Shown here: positions 9,636 to 19,761 of the stretch, piece after piece
How the letters are laid out: every line of letters begins with the position of its first letter
Position numbering within the stretch: position 1 is the stretch's first letter
Source of the DNA: Waterburya sp.
Lineage (GTDB): Bacteria; Cyanobacteriota; Cyanobacteriia; Cyanobacteriales; Xenococcaceae
Assembly: GCA_965217895.1 (NCBI GenBank)
Contig: CBDCJV010000002.1
Coordinates: forward strand, 1,184,001-1,248,000
Reading direction: 5' to 3'
Length of the DNA: 64,000 bases
Notes under the pieces: model-generated
What the model was told of the DNA's origin: nothing
Database searches by the model: none
Seen by the model: the letters and a program-made list of their open reading frames with translations, nothing else
Translations under genes and position numbers: made by a program

Positions 9636-12629
9636 TTACACATACTTAAAGCTGCTGCTATTAAGATTAAGAGCTTCATTGCCCATAACTAGACCAATTA
9701 TTTCTCTGTTAGCAGTAAAGATACCTGTGCTAACACCAAATAGTTCCCCCGCACCAAGAGATACTCCATAATTAAATCTTCTGAGGAAATAGCCTTTAGA
9801 ATTACCGTGAAGCTGAATTTTATCTTCGTTCTTCTTGAAATCCTCAATTATGGCGATATCTAAAACATTATTCCTAACACCGAAGTTATAATATGCTGTT
9901 TTGGCATCACCTAAAACAAAGGTATCTTGACCAGCACCTCCTAGAAGACGATCTATCTGTAAACTTCCTGGGGTCTTGCTTGTGGGATCGACACCAATTA
10001 GTATGTCGTTACCCGCACCACCATTAAGGCGATCGCTCCCTAAACCACCAACTAAGAGATCTTGTCCTGCCGAGCCGACAATTACATCGTTACCAGTAGT
10101 AGCAGCTAAAATGCGCGCATTATGTTGACTAATAGTATTAAAAGCCATTTTTACAGTGCTACCGTTAATATTGAAACTATCCGCGCCAATAATGCTGACT
10201 AGACCAGGATTAGCAACTTCTACGGTTACTTTTCCTTCACCAGAGAAGGTATAGTCTAAGTTTGTACCATTACCATTAAGAGCTTCTAATTTGGCACGTT
10301 GAGGTAGTTTAGAGATGTGAGTTACTTTGTCTTGAGTAGTACCCACGTTAATCGTAAATTTGCCACCATTAGAAGGTAAGAAAACAGTATTATTATCGTA
10401 GGCGTACCAGTTGTTGACGCTTTTAATTACGCCACTACCAGTAAGGTCGAGACCAAAATTACCAACGTTAGATGCTTTTACTTCAGCAGTAATAGTATTA
10501 CCTGAAGTTTCCACAAATAGTTGTGACTGCTTAAAGGCTTTGATGCGCTGACTAGCATCGTCAAGGGTCGCAAATTCTGCTCCTTGGTTATAAGCCTCTT
10601 GGATTACAGAAGTATATAATTCCTTGGTATATCCGTTATTGCCAAAGTTGGTAGGACCATAATCATGCCAAGGCATAACTACAATAGGCTTATTGCTATG
10701 ACTAGTGACTTCATTGTATTGTCTAATCCATTCAGTCTGAGCTTGTGCTGCTGTAAGGGGTTGAGGCACAAAGCCGCCATTACCATCAGAAACAGGAATA
10801 CCAAACTCAATTAGGGTGAAGTCAAACCACAAGTTAGGGGCAAAATAAACTGACTCTTGACCAGGCTTTAAGAAACCGACTGCACTAGGATATCCTGCGC
10901 CGACAGCGGTAGCACCACCAGAGATGTAGTCAAAGTATTGAGCAATTTCTAGAGAAGTTGGTAGTTTTTCGGGCGCACCAGGTACAGCAGCACCAGATAC
11001 CTTAATCCCTAATTGCTGTTCAATGACTTCCTTGGATTGGTTAAATTCAAACTCTAGCTGGGCAGGAGTAGCAAGATTAGTATTACTTGCAGGATTGTAG
11101 CCTGCATAGTCTTCTAAATGAGTATAGGAGTGAGTGCCAATCTCATTACCCGCTGCTAATAATTTATCGTAATATGATTTAGAAATAGTCCAGTCTGTGT
11201 ATTCTCCAGTTTGAGGACTATTACCAACGTTAATATAGTATGAACCCACAAAATTAAAGTCAGTCTTCCATTGGTCTAAAATAGGCAATAATTGGTCATA
11301 AATCCCAGGTTTCCCGTCAGTAGGACGAACATTATCAAATTCCTGAGATTGATCCATGTCGTTGCGAGACAAGAACAAGGATTGATTCCGAGTCATGCTG
11401 AGGCTAACGCTGGGTTGATTATCAAAGATAGACCAGCGCACTGCTTCCCATGCCAGATTATTGTCTCCTAAATAGCTAGTAGTAGCAAAGTGGACGTTAC
11501 GACCGCCAGTTTGAGTGGCAACTACAGCATCATAAGTCTGACCATTAACAGTTTGATTGACTAGAGTGTTAGTTGTTCCATCGGCATAGGCTTCGTAGGC
11601 TGCATAGCCAATGGGATTTTGGTAGTTGCGAATAACTTCTCCCTCGCTATAACCTTTAACTACAGGTTGGGTTACATCTTGAGCAGTCAAGGATACGCTG
11701 CCACTCCCGAAAGCTTTTGGCTGTAAACCAAGTAAAGTTTTCATCCGAGCATAGGGATCTCCTGTTAGTAAATCGCCAGTTTCGCTATTGGTAATAAAAT
11801 CACCCGCAGCAACAATACCAATGTTGTATTTGTATACAGCGTCAGTTAATGTATCTTGGATTTGCTGCACGTCAGCTTGTTTAACGTTGCGAATGCCAGG
11901 AAAGATAAGGCTGTCATAGTTTACAAGTTTGTTAATGTCTTTTAGATCATCTTCTGTCAACAGGTCGAAAGGAACTCCTGACATCATTACTTCTTGCTGG
12001 ACAGACATGAAAAGCTGAGAATATGCCGTTTGATTGGTGGCAACATCAGGTAGTCCAAAGAATTGATCGGCAGTAGTTTGAGAGAAAACAATACCTACTT
12101 TTTTGCTAATGTCTGTTCTAGTAGGCAGATTTTTGTCAGCAAAAATAGTGTAGCTTTGCGCGCCGTAGTTTCCTGGTAAAAATACTTGGTTATTAACATC
12201 AATAGCAACATCAAGCGATTGAGCTAAATTGCCTACCTGAGACACTGGAACAGCAAATTCAATAATCTGCTGAGTATCATTATAGGCATGGTTTAAAGCT
12301 CCACCAATAAAGTTTTGTCCTGCTGCACCAGTATAGAGGTAAGGCTGATTGTCAGTGAAGAAGTTGACGTTATATTCCGCGCCGACTGTATTACCAAATA
12401 CTTGATAGCCAGTGTTGATATTTCTATCGGTGTTGAGCCAAACGGTAGTGCCAGCAGCGATCGCCATACTATCGGATTTGAGCGCAAAAAGATAGTTATC
12501 TCCTGCTAGTTTGCCGTATACTTCATAGCCTGCTTGACCCGTACCTAGAAGAAAATCTAGTCTGTCGTTAACGCTCCAGTCAGATAAATCGCCATCAAGA
12601 GTAATATTACCAAAAGTAAGATTTGCCAT
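9636..12629 (-). CDS. Large secreted polysaccharide deacetylase-domain protein with C-terminal RTX Ca-binding repeats
   Basis: NodB-like motifs RNDMDQS, EIGTHSYTH, PWHDYG; GGxGxD repeats (GGLGSD, GGAGND, GGAGQD). Confidence 0.75.
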   Translation of the reverse strand: MANLTFGNITLDGDLSDWSVNDRLDFLLGTGQAGYEVYGKLAGDNYLFALKSDSMAIAAGTTVWLNTDRNINTGYQVFGNTVGAEYNVNFFTDNQPYLYTGAAGQNFIGGALNHAYNDTQQIIEFAVPVSQVGNLAQSLDVAIDVNNQVFLPGNYGAQSYTIFADKNLPTRTDISKKVGIVFSQTTADQFFGLPDVATNQTAYSQLFMSVQQEVMMSGVPFDLLTEDDLKDINKLVNYDSLIFPGIRNVKQADVQQIQDTLTDAVYKYNIGIVAAGDFITNSETGDLLTGDPYARMKTLLGLQPKAFGSGSVSLTAQDVTQPVVKGYSEGEVIRNYQNPIGYAAYEAYADGTTNTLVNQTVNGQTYDAVVATQTGGRNVHFATTSYLGDNNLAWEAVRWSIFDNQPSVSLSMTRNQSLFLSRNDMDQSQEFDNVRPTDGKPGIYDQLLPILDQWKTDFNFVGSYYINVGNSPQTGEYTDWTISKSYYDKLLAAGNEIGTHSYTHLEDYAGYNPASNTNLATPAQLEFEFNQSKEVIEQQLGIKVSGAAVPGAPEKLPTSLEIAQYFDYISGGATAVGAGYPSAVGFLKPGQESVYFAPNLWFDFTLIEFGIPVSDGNGGFVPQPLTAAQAQTEWIRQYNEVTSHSNKPIVVMPWHDYGPTNFGNNGYTKELYTSVIQEAYNQGAEFATLDDASQRIKAFKQSQLFVETSGNTITAEVKASNVGNFGLDLTGSGVIKSVNNWYAYDNNTVFLPSNGGKFTINVGTTQDKVTHISKLPQRAKLEALNGNGTNLDYTFSGEGKVTVEVANPGLVSIIGADSFNINGSTVKMAFNTISQHNARILAATTGNDVIVGSAGQDLLVGGLGSDRLNGGAGNDILIGVDPTSKTPGSLQIDRLLGGAGQDTFVLGDAKTAYYNFGVRNNVLDIAIIEDFKKNEDKIQLHGNSKGYFLRRFNYGVSLGAGELFGVSTGIFTANREIIGLVMGNEALNLNSSSFKYV

Positions 12630-12689
12630 TGTTTTAATTAAGGTTGAATAAAAATTAGTAAATAAGTTATGTTGTTTATTAATAAATTC

Positions 12690-13691
12690 TTAGAAGGCTA
12701 GAGCTAGAGGCTTAACGAGCTTCTTTTGCTCCCAAGCATAGGCAGTGCTTAAAATAATTTCTAAGTCGTTGTATTTAGGCTGCCAACCTAGGACTTGGCG
12801 AATGCGATCGCCACTAGAAATTACACAGGCTGGATCTCCCGCTCGTCTAGGAGACTCAACTACAGGAAAGTCTATATCCGTAATTTCTTTGAGTTTATTT
12901 AGCACTTCTCTGACGCTATAGCCTTGACCATAACCACAGTTGAGTATTTCGCTCTCTCCACCGTTATTTAAATAGCTCAACGCATCTATATGTGCCGCTG
13001 CTAAATCTTCGACGTGGATATAATCGCGGATTCCTGTACCATCAGGAGTATCAAAATCTGTACCAAATATACCCGCCGCAGGAATGTTACCCAAGGCTGC
13101 ATCACAAGCAACTCTCATTAAATGGCTGGCTTTGGGAGCAGATTGACCAATTCTACCCATCAGATCTGCACCAGCTACATTAAAGTAGCGTAGAATCACG
13201 TATTTAAAATCAGAACTAAATCCATAGTCGCGAATCATGCGTTCGCTCATTAATTTTGACCAACCATAAGGATTAATTGGGTCAGTAGGACAAGCTTCAC
13301 TTACGGGATTTTCGTCAGGTTCTCCGTAAACAGCAGCCGTACTAGAAAAAACAAATTTATTGACTCCAAACTTTTGACAGCAATGAAGTAAATTTAAAGT
13401 GTTGCGAGTATTGTTAGTGTAATACTCTAAAGGATTAGCAACAGATTCAGGGACAGAAATACTGGCAGCAAAATGTAATACTGCATCAAAATTATATTGA
13501 GCAAATGCCATTTCTAAAGCCAAATTATCTGCTAAATCACCAATATATAAACTGCCGTTAAATAAAGCTTTGGCTGAACCAGTAGACAGATTATCGTAGA
13601 CAATTACTTCATATCCAGCATCACCTAGCTGACATACTGTGTGTGAGCCAATATATCCTGCTCCACCTGTAACCAAAATTTTCTTACTCAT
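12690..13691 (-). CDS. galE: UDP-glucose 4-epimerase
   Basis: TGGAGYIGSH, FSSTAAVYG, YGWSK, LRYFNVAGA, RDYIHVEDLA. Confidence 0.93.
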   Translation of the reverse strand: MSKKILVTGGAGYIGSHTVCQLGDAGYEVIVYDNLSTGSAKALFNGSLYIGDLADNLALEMAFAQYNFDAVLHFAASISVPESVANPLEYYTNNTRNTLNLLHCCQKFGVNKFVFSSTAAVYGEPDENPVSEACPTDPINPYGWSKLMSERMIRDYGFSSDFKYVILRYFNVAGADLMGRIGQSAPKASHLMRVACDAALGNIPAAGIFGTDFDTPDGTGIRDYIHVEDLAAAHIDALSYLNNGGESEILNCGYGQGYSVREVLNKLKEITDIDFPVVESPRRAGDPACVISSGDRIRQVLGWQPKYNDLEIILSTAYAWEQKKLVKPLALAF

Positions 13692-13927
13692 TAAATTCTC
13701 TTAGTCAGTTTTACTTAGTTTTTTTTATTATGTCCGTATTACTAAGAAAACAGGTGAAGTATTAATGAATTTTAGATAAAAAGAACGCAAAGCTTTTGTT
13801 TTTTAAACATTGGCTAGAAGAAAAAACCATAACTAATAACAAATCACAGCAAAATCAGAATAATTGTTTTATATATTGGAATAATAATAATGTTCAATAA
13901 TTTTTGAGCCACTAGCTTCTAGATATC

Positions 13928-15697
13928 ATGCTGTTAAACAAACAAACTCTAATTATTGATTTGATAAATGCTTTTTGGATTACAGGGGTTTTTATAGCTT
14001 TATTTATCTGGCTACCTTTAAAAAGCTCTCATATTGCTGCTACAAAACAGACAAATTTCCCGATAGTAGGCTTTTATTTACGCACGTCTTTGATGGCGAT
14101 CGCAGGAGCTTTATGCCTAAGCTATTTACATTTATTAAATTGGCTAACTCTGGTTTTACTATACATTGTCTATTTGATAATTAATTACTTAGAAAGATGT
14201 AATTGGCAGTTAGAAAGCTGTCAGCAAATAGCTCAAGATAAAGTATTTAATTTAATAGATATTTTTGATCGAGGAGTATCTTTTAGATATTTAATTAAAG
14301 GTATATATGATAATTGTCAGCAGCTAAACCAAAGATCTAGTGACTACCTAACAAATTTAATAATTAAGCAAGGAATAGGATTTATAGCAATATTAATCAT
14401 AATTTTGGCATTTACCCTATTGCTTAGATGGGAACATCCTTTATTAGAACTACGCTTTAGCCGTCCAGAAAGCTATGGCGATTTATTGTTAACTCGGCAA
14501 ATCTTAAGACAATATCCAGAAACCAGTTATTTACCTGTATTTCCTGCTTTAGCAGCAATGCTGTCTTTGCTTGGTTCAATAGACGCAATGCAGGTTATTC
14601 GTTTTCTTAGTCCGATTTTAGGATTAATTATAGTTTTAGGCGTTGGCTATTTAGTGCGCGTTTTAACTGATAATGTCTCCTCAGCTTTGGCGAGTATGTT
14701 TGCTTTAGGAGCATATCTATTTACCTGGAAAGTAGTTAACCCAGAATCATCTGCATGGCTAACAAAAATGGTAGATAGTTTAAATAGCTCTCTAGTTAGA
14801 CAGTGGACAGGTAATGAATTAGAACTAGGTGTAATCTTTGTTCTACTAGGTTTGGGATATTGTTTTGATGCCAGCCAACAGCAGCGAAAAACTGCCGTTT
14901 TTAAGCTCAATTTCGTCTGTAGCATTATCTTAGTCGGAATGTCTGCTCCACCACTGTTAATCTTAATGGCGATCGCATCTATCGGCTTGCTCGGTGGTAA
15001 AAAAGTGGCATTAGCAGCAATTACCTCGACCTGGATTATTTTAGCTTTTTTTGCTGTTCTAGCTCAGGGAGAGCTTTTGTGGACTCAAAGTTTTCTTCTG
15101 ACTCTACCTGTTGCCCTTAGTTTGTCAACAGGACTATTATTTAACCAAATTACTGAGACTGGCAAATTATTATCAGCAAAATGGGCAGAAACTTTTTGTC
15201 TGGCTTTAGTTTTGGCTTTAGCTTTTAACTTTCTGCTGCCGTTAACACCTAAACTGACCTATGTAGAATACGAGATTACGGCTCGTAAAACCCTAGAGAT
15301 TAAAGAGCTTTTACCTCGCAATAGCTGGACTCTGGCTGCACCAGTAGAACAACTAGCAGAAATATATGGCTCTGGCTGGTATGAAGACTTGGCTTTATTT
15401 GTCGAAAAATATGCAGAGCAAGCTAATCAGCCAGAATTTAACTTTCCCGTAGGCGAAACAGATCTTTTTATATTTGTCGAAAAAATCCCCTTTATTACTT
15501 TTGGTGAGCAGCTATCTACCCTGCCTAATTCAATTTTAGGCGATCGCACCTACGGTCATTATCGCTCCGCTTCAGGACGAGCTAGCCTAGAGTTTGAGGC
15601 GTTGCAAATGTGCGAAGCATATCGCCAAAATCACCCAAAGAGTGAAGTTTATTTTGAAAATAATGAGCTGAGGATATATCGTTTTCTACCAGTCTAA
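13928..15697 (+). CDS. Multi-pass membrane protein of unknown function (possibly GT-C-like)
   Basis: 589 aa, many hydrophobic segments, soluble C-terminus; divergent from galE. Confidence 0.6.
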   Translation: MLLNKQTLIIDLINAFWITGVFIALFIWLPLKSSHIAATKQTNFPIVGFYLRTSLMAIAGALCLSYLHLLNWLTLVLLYIVYLIINYLERCNWQLESCQQIAQDKVFNLIDIFDRGVSFRYLIKGIYDNCQQLNQRSSDYLTNLIIKQGIGFIAILIIILAFTLLLRWEHPLLELRFSRPESYGDLLLTRQILRQYPETSYLPVFPALAAMLSLLGSIDAMQVIRFLSPILGLIIVLGVGYLVRVLTDNVSSALASMFALGAYLFTWKVVNPESSAWLTKMVDSLNSSLVRQWTGNELELGVIFVLLGLGYCFDASQQQRKTAVFKLNFVCSIILVGMSAPPLLILMAIASIGLLGGKKVALAAITSTWIILAFFAVLAQGELLWTQSFLLTLPVALSLSTGLLFNQITETGKLLSAKWAETFCLALVLALAFNFLLPLTPKLTYVEYEITARKTLEIKELLPRNSWTLAAPVEQLAEIYGSGWYEDLALFVEKYAEQANQPEFNFPVGETDLFIFVEKIPFITFGEQLSTLPNSILGDRTYGHYRSASGRASLEFEALQMCEAYRQNHPKSEVYFENNELRIYRFLPV

Positions 15698-15706
15698 GTA
15701 CTAACG

Positions 15707-17959
15707 GGCATTGCTGATTTAAGTAATGACGTACAATGTATTTCGGTTCATAGCTCTCAGCTATTAGCTTTTGAATCGTTAGCTAACTAATTTATTGGAA
15801 AATAAATGAGCAAAAATACTTTTAAAGTTTTTCTGAATAGATTTCCTGTCAAACAACTGAGCGATCGCGAAAAAACCGTACAAGTTTATAGTTATACATT
15901 CAATCCATCTCCAGAACCAGGAAAAGAATATTCGGCAATCAATAAAATACCTTGGAAAATAAGAACGCCAGGAGTAAAATTAAAGTCCACAATTATTACT
16001 AAGCAATTGATATCAGATGAATGTTTGAAACAAGATAATTGGACACTGAATTATACAGGAACGCAATTATTAAATTTAGATAATTCTAATGAGAGAGAAG
16101 CTTTAGAAAAATTAGAAAGAAAATGGTTAGAACGGGAGTTAAGATACAAACTTTCTAGAAACAGGGTCGATCGCGCTTTGGGAGGGGGATTTATTTGGTG
16201 GGATGCTAATAACATTATTTTGCAAGATTTAGGTTGGGAAGTTCATACAGGAGTTCGCTTAGATGTCGAGCTTCATTATTCAGGAGTTATCTTTATCGAA
16301 ATCGATCTTCATCATCGTTTTTGCAGTTCTTGGACACTAGAACAATGGCTGCAAGATTATAAAGATATACCAATTAATTGGGTTCGCAATACTTATGACG
16401 ATCGCTCTTGGAAATTTATTCGTATCAGTGATGAAAAGCCAGAAACTACGATGATTCCTAATTTGGGAAGTTTGGCTGATTATCATCGAAACCTAGATAA
16501 AAATAAGGCGACAGAAAAGGAAATTAAAGATGCTCATGTTGTATATGTTAGTAGTAAAGGAAAAGAATTAACCCATCTTTCTACAAGACTTAGACCTAGT
16601 ATAACGATGGAAATTCTAAGTCAATTACAAGATCGAGATTCGACTGAAGCAGCCAAAGTATTTAAACAAGTAAAGAAAACTATTCAGCAACGTTTTGATA
16701 AATCAAATAACACCGCGCAATGGTTAAGTAAAAATATTTATAGTTCAGATCGGACAACTAAGCCTCAAATAACTGAGGGAAGTATTCTGAGAAATAAATC
16801 TCCTCTATTGTTAACTAAATCTAAAAAAGTTTACCGATCGATAAATAGTTTGGATGAAGGTTGTTTTAGTACGGGAGAACAACAATTTGGTTGTTTGGAC
16901 TTAACAGGAAATGGTAATTGGTCGAAATTTATTCAAAGCAAACTAGAATCTGTTGCTCAAAAAAGCGGTATAGACATTTTATTAGAAGCAGCACAGAAAA
17001 AAAGCGATTTACCCGATAGTATATTTACCCGCAAACAATTTTGGCATGATTGGGCAGATCGAGGTACTCAAACTATTTTAGTGATTAGTAACTGGTTACA
17101 AAATACCGAGAAAGCGCAATTACAAAAAGAAGCTTTAGATGCCAACATTGCCCTTCAGTTCATGCAGCCAATGTTAAGAGAAGAAAAATATCGAATAGCT
17201 AATGTCATTTTGGGCTTGTTACTCAAAGCAAAATGGCAACCAGTTGGATTAGAACCTCTACAGGATGAATATGCAGCCGAAATAGTTATTGGTTTTGATG
17301 CAGGAACAAATAGAAATCTTTATTATGGAACGAGTGCTTTTGCCATTTTAGCTAACGGACAAAGCTTAGGTTGGGAACTTCCAGAAGCACAGCCAGGAGA
17401 AAAAATAAGTTCAGAAGCAATTATACGTACTGTTACTAATATCGTCACCAGATTTCAAAGAATAGAAAATAGACTTCCTCGTCGTATATTAATGCTTCGA
17501 GATGGCATCGTCCAATGCGAAGAATTTGATGATGTAGTAGCAGCTTTATTAGATGATAAAATTGCAGTCGATCTTTTGGGTGTCAGAAAAAGTGGTGCGG
17601 GAAGAATGGCTGTTAAAAATGAATATGGAGAGTTTATTGATGCTTCACCAGGAACAGCAATACTTTCTACTGATGATAAAACTTTTCGTATTGTAACTTC
17701 TGAAGCAAAAGCAGGAGGAAGCGCACGCCCTTTAAAAGCAGTTAGAGATTTCGGTGATGCACCTTTAGAAATATTAGCCAAACAAGTTGATCGCCTGAGT
17801 ATGCTTAATCCAGCTAGTGCCTACGCTTATAGTCGTTTACCCTATGTCATTCACTTTGCTGACAAAATGGCTAAAAGTGTTCAACGTATTGGTGAAGTAG
17901 GTATTTTACATGGAGTAGATCGGCAGAAAATTTTCTTTGTTTAAATTAAATTCAGCAAC
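15707..17959. mobile_element. Putative MITE-bounded unit carrying the Argonaute gene
   Basis: Left end 26/30 identical to the MITE at 30237; AATTCAGCAAC right-end remnant at 17949-17959; TACTAA on both outer sides. Confidence 0.5.
15806..17944 (+). CDS. ago: Long prokaryotic Argonaute (SeAgo-like), catalytic DEDD tetrad
   Basis: 712 aa; PIWI motifs IGFDAG, PGEKIS, MLRDG, VRKSG, SRLPYVIHFADK; C-terminal IFFV. Confidence 0.92.
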   Translation: MSKNTFKVFLNRFPVKQLSDREKTVQVYSYTFNPSPEPGKEYSAINKIPWKIRTPGVKLKSTIITKQLISDECLKQDNWTLNYTGTQLLNLDNSNEREALEKLERKWLERELRYKLSRNRVDRALGGGFIWWDANNIILQDLGWEVHTGVRLDVELHYSGVIFIEIDLHHRFCSSWTLEQWLQDYKDIPINWVRNTYDDRSWKFIRISDEKPETTMIPNLGSLADYHRNLDKNKATEKEIKDAHVVYVSSKGKELTHLSTRLRPSITMEILSQLQDRDSTEAAKVFKQVKKTIQQRFDKSNNTAQWLSKNIYSSDRTTKPQITEGSILRNKSPLLLTKSKKVYRSINSLDEGCFSTGEQQFGCLDLTGNGNWSKFIQSKLESVAQKSGIDILLEAAQKKSDLPDSIFTRKQFWHDWADRGTQTILVISNWLQNTEKAQLQKEALDANIALQFMQPMLREEKYRIANVILGLLLKAKWQPVGLEPLQDEYAAEIVIGFDAGTNRNLYYGTSAFAILANGQSLGWELPEAQPGEKISSEAIIRTVTNIVTRFQRIENRLPRRILMLRDGIVQCEEFDDVVAALLDDKIAVDLLGVRKSGAGRMAVKNEYGEFIDASPGTAILSTDDKTFRIVTSEAKAGGSARPLKAVRDFGDAPLEILAKQVDRLSMLNPASAYAYSRLPYVIHFADKMAKSVQRIGEVGILHGVDRQKIFFV

Positions 17960-17967
17960 TACTAATA

Positions 17968-18086
17968 TAAGTGGGTAGGTGTAATTAAATATAAAATGGA
18001 TTTGATAGAGGTCAGAGGTCAGAAGTCAGAGGTCAGGGCAAAAAGTTAATGTTGGTATCTTATAAATGATTTCGCCCACCTACTTA
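17968..18086. mobile_element. About 120-bp MITE with internal AGAGGTC heptamers
   Basis: Imperfect terminal IRs TAAGTGGGTAGG / CCCACCTACTTA; second, inverted copy at 31475-31819. Confidence 0.75.
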
Positions 18087-18135
18087 CTTAATAAAAAATG
18101 TACTTAAAACAACGTAAATATATTCCTTTTTAGCT

Positions 18136-18570
18136 ATGAATAATCAACTAGAAAAACTTTATCATCGGGATTTAAATCTTTGGCGCAAAGAGATTGTAAA
18201 TGCCATTCATAATAGAGAACTTAAAAATATGGATTGGGATAATCTAATTGAAGAAATTAACGATATGGGAGCGAGTGAAAGACGTGCCTTGAGAAGTTAT
18301 ACCAAAAGATTAATCGAACATATATTTAAACTTAAATACTGGAAAAGCGAAAGGGGATACAACCAGCGAGGTTGGAAAAAAGAAGTAGTTAATTTTCGTG
18401 AGGAAATTAAAAGTATTTTGGAAGAGTCTCCCAGTTTGAATAATTACTTACAGCAAAATTATTTGGATTGGTATCAGAAATCAATAAAGGCAATGCGAGA
18501 AGAGTTTGCTATTCCTGATGATAATTTTGTGAAGCTAGAAACAATGATGACGGATGGTTATTTTGGGTAA
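18136..18570 (+). CDS. DUF29 family protein
   Basis: LYHRDLNLW, MDWDNLIEEINDMGASERRALRS, LIEHIFKLKYW, ESPSL. Confidence 0.88.
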   Translation: MNNQLEKLYHRDLNLWRKEIVNAIHNRELKNMDWDNLIEEINDMGASERRALRSYTKRLIEHIFKLKYWKSERGYNQRGWKKEVVNFREEIKSILEESPSLNNYLQQNYLDWYQKSIKAMREEFAIPDDNFVKLETMMTDGYFG

Positions 18571-18641
18571 TTTGCTAGTCAACCTGTTATTCTAAATATC
18601 AGAATATTGCTTCTTTATACATTTAAAGCAGTACCTAAATT

Positions 18642-19037
18642 ATGAAACTTCAAGGAGAGATTAGAACAGGAAAAAATGACTTTTCTTTCTGGATAAAAAA
18701 ATTATCGTCTTATTACACACAAAAGACGGGAATGATTTTCTTTCCAGGTACACTTAATATTCATCTTATCGATCGCAAATATTACTTTCCTAAAGACTGT
18801 ATTAGGCTAGAGAAAGAAGAATACGGAGGAAGGGTTTCAGTTAGCATGATTCCCTGTCAAATTTTGGGCAAAGATGCCTATGTTCTCCGTACCGATAGCG
18901 ATACTGGAAAACATGGCTATTTTCCAGAACAGATTTTAGAGATCGCTACTGATATTAAGCTGCGAGATGAGTTTGGATTAAAGGATGGAGATGTTATTGA
19001 AGTCGAAGTAAATGCAGGGCAAATTTCCGAAGCATAG
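18642..19037 (+). CDS. CTP-dependent riboflavin kinase (archaeal-type, DUF120)
   Basis: G.I.TG, FFPGTLNI, LEIATDIKLRDEFGLKDGDVIEVEV. Confidence 0.75.
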   Translation: MKLQGEIRTGKNDFSFWIKKLSSYYTQKTGMIFFPGTLNIHLIDRKYYFPKDCIRLEKEEYGGRVSVSMIPCQILGKDAYVLRTDSDTGKHGYFPEQILEIATDIKLRDEFGLKDGDVIEVEVNAGQISEA

Positions 19038-19059
19038 TTTAAGAAAACGCTTTTTAAGA

Positions 19060-19761
19060 TTAAACAGTAAGATATCGATGGACTAAAGAATCCGACAATT
19101 CAGGGGTTGTTCCTCTAGCAACGATCGCACCTTTGTCCATAATAAAGAATCTTTGGGCAAGCTGGCGGATAAAGTCGATTTTCTGTTCGACGACAATTAC
19201 CGTAATGCCTTTTTCGCGGTTGATTCTTCTCAGGGTATCTTCAATTTCCTGCACAATAGAGGGTTGAATTCCTTCGGTGGGTTCGTCCAAAAGCATAATT
19301 TTGGGATTGCACATTAATCCTCTGGCGATCGCCAGCTGCTGTTGTTGTCCGCCACTAAGGAGTCCTCCTTGACGAGGTAAATGTTCTTTAAGCATTGGGA
19401 AAAATTCAAAGATCTCCGAGGGGATTCTTTTGCTGCTTTTGCCACTGGCACTAAAGCCTAGCTTTAAATTATCCAATACCGAAAGATAGGGAATAATTTC
19501 TCTACCCTGGGGAATGTAGGCAATACCGTAACGCGATCGCTTATAGGTAGGTGCTTTAGTAATATCTTTATTATCAAAAGAAAGGCTGCCTTTAGTTAAT
19601 TTATTTAAGCCAATAATGCTGCGTAAGAGCGTAGTTTTGCCCACACCATTACGCCCTAAAAGACCGACCATATCTCCTTTATTGATAGTCATGTCAACAT
19701 TAAACAACACGGGAGTTTGTCCATAGCCAGCAGTAAGATTATTAAGTTCAAGCAGCGACAT
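19060..19761 (-). CDS. urtE: Urea/amide ABC transporter ATP-binding subunit
   Basis: GRNGVGKTT, LSGGQQQQLAIAR, LDEPTEGIQPSIV. Confidence 0.85.
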   Translation of the reverse strand: MSLLELNNLTAGYGQTPVLFNVDMTINKGDMVGLLGRNGVGKTTLLRSIIGLNKLTKGSLSFDNKDITKAPTYKRSRYGIAYIPQGREIIPYLSVLDNLKLGFSASGKSSKRIPSEIFEFFPMLKEHLPRQGGLLSGGQQQQLAIARGLMCNPKIMLLDEPTEGIQPSIVQEIEDTLRRINREKGITVIVVEQKIDFIRQLAQRFFIMDKGAIVARGTTPELSDSLVHRYLTV

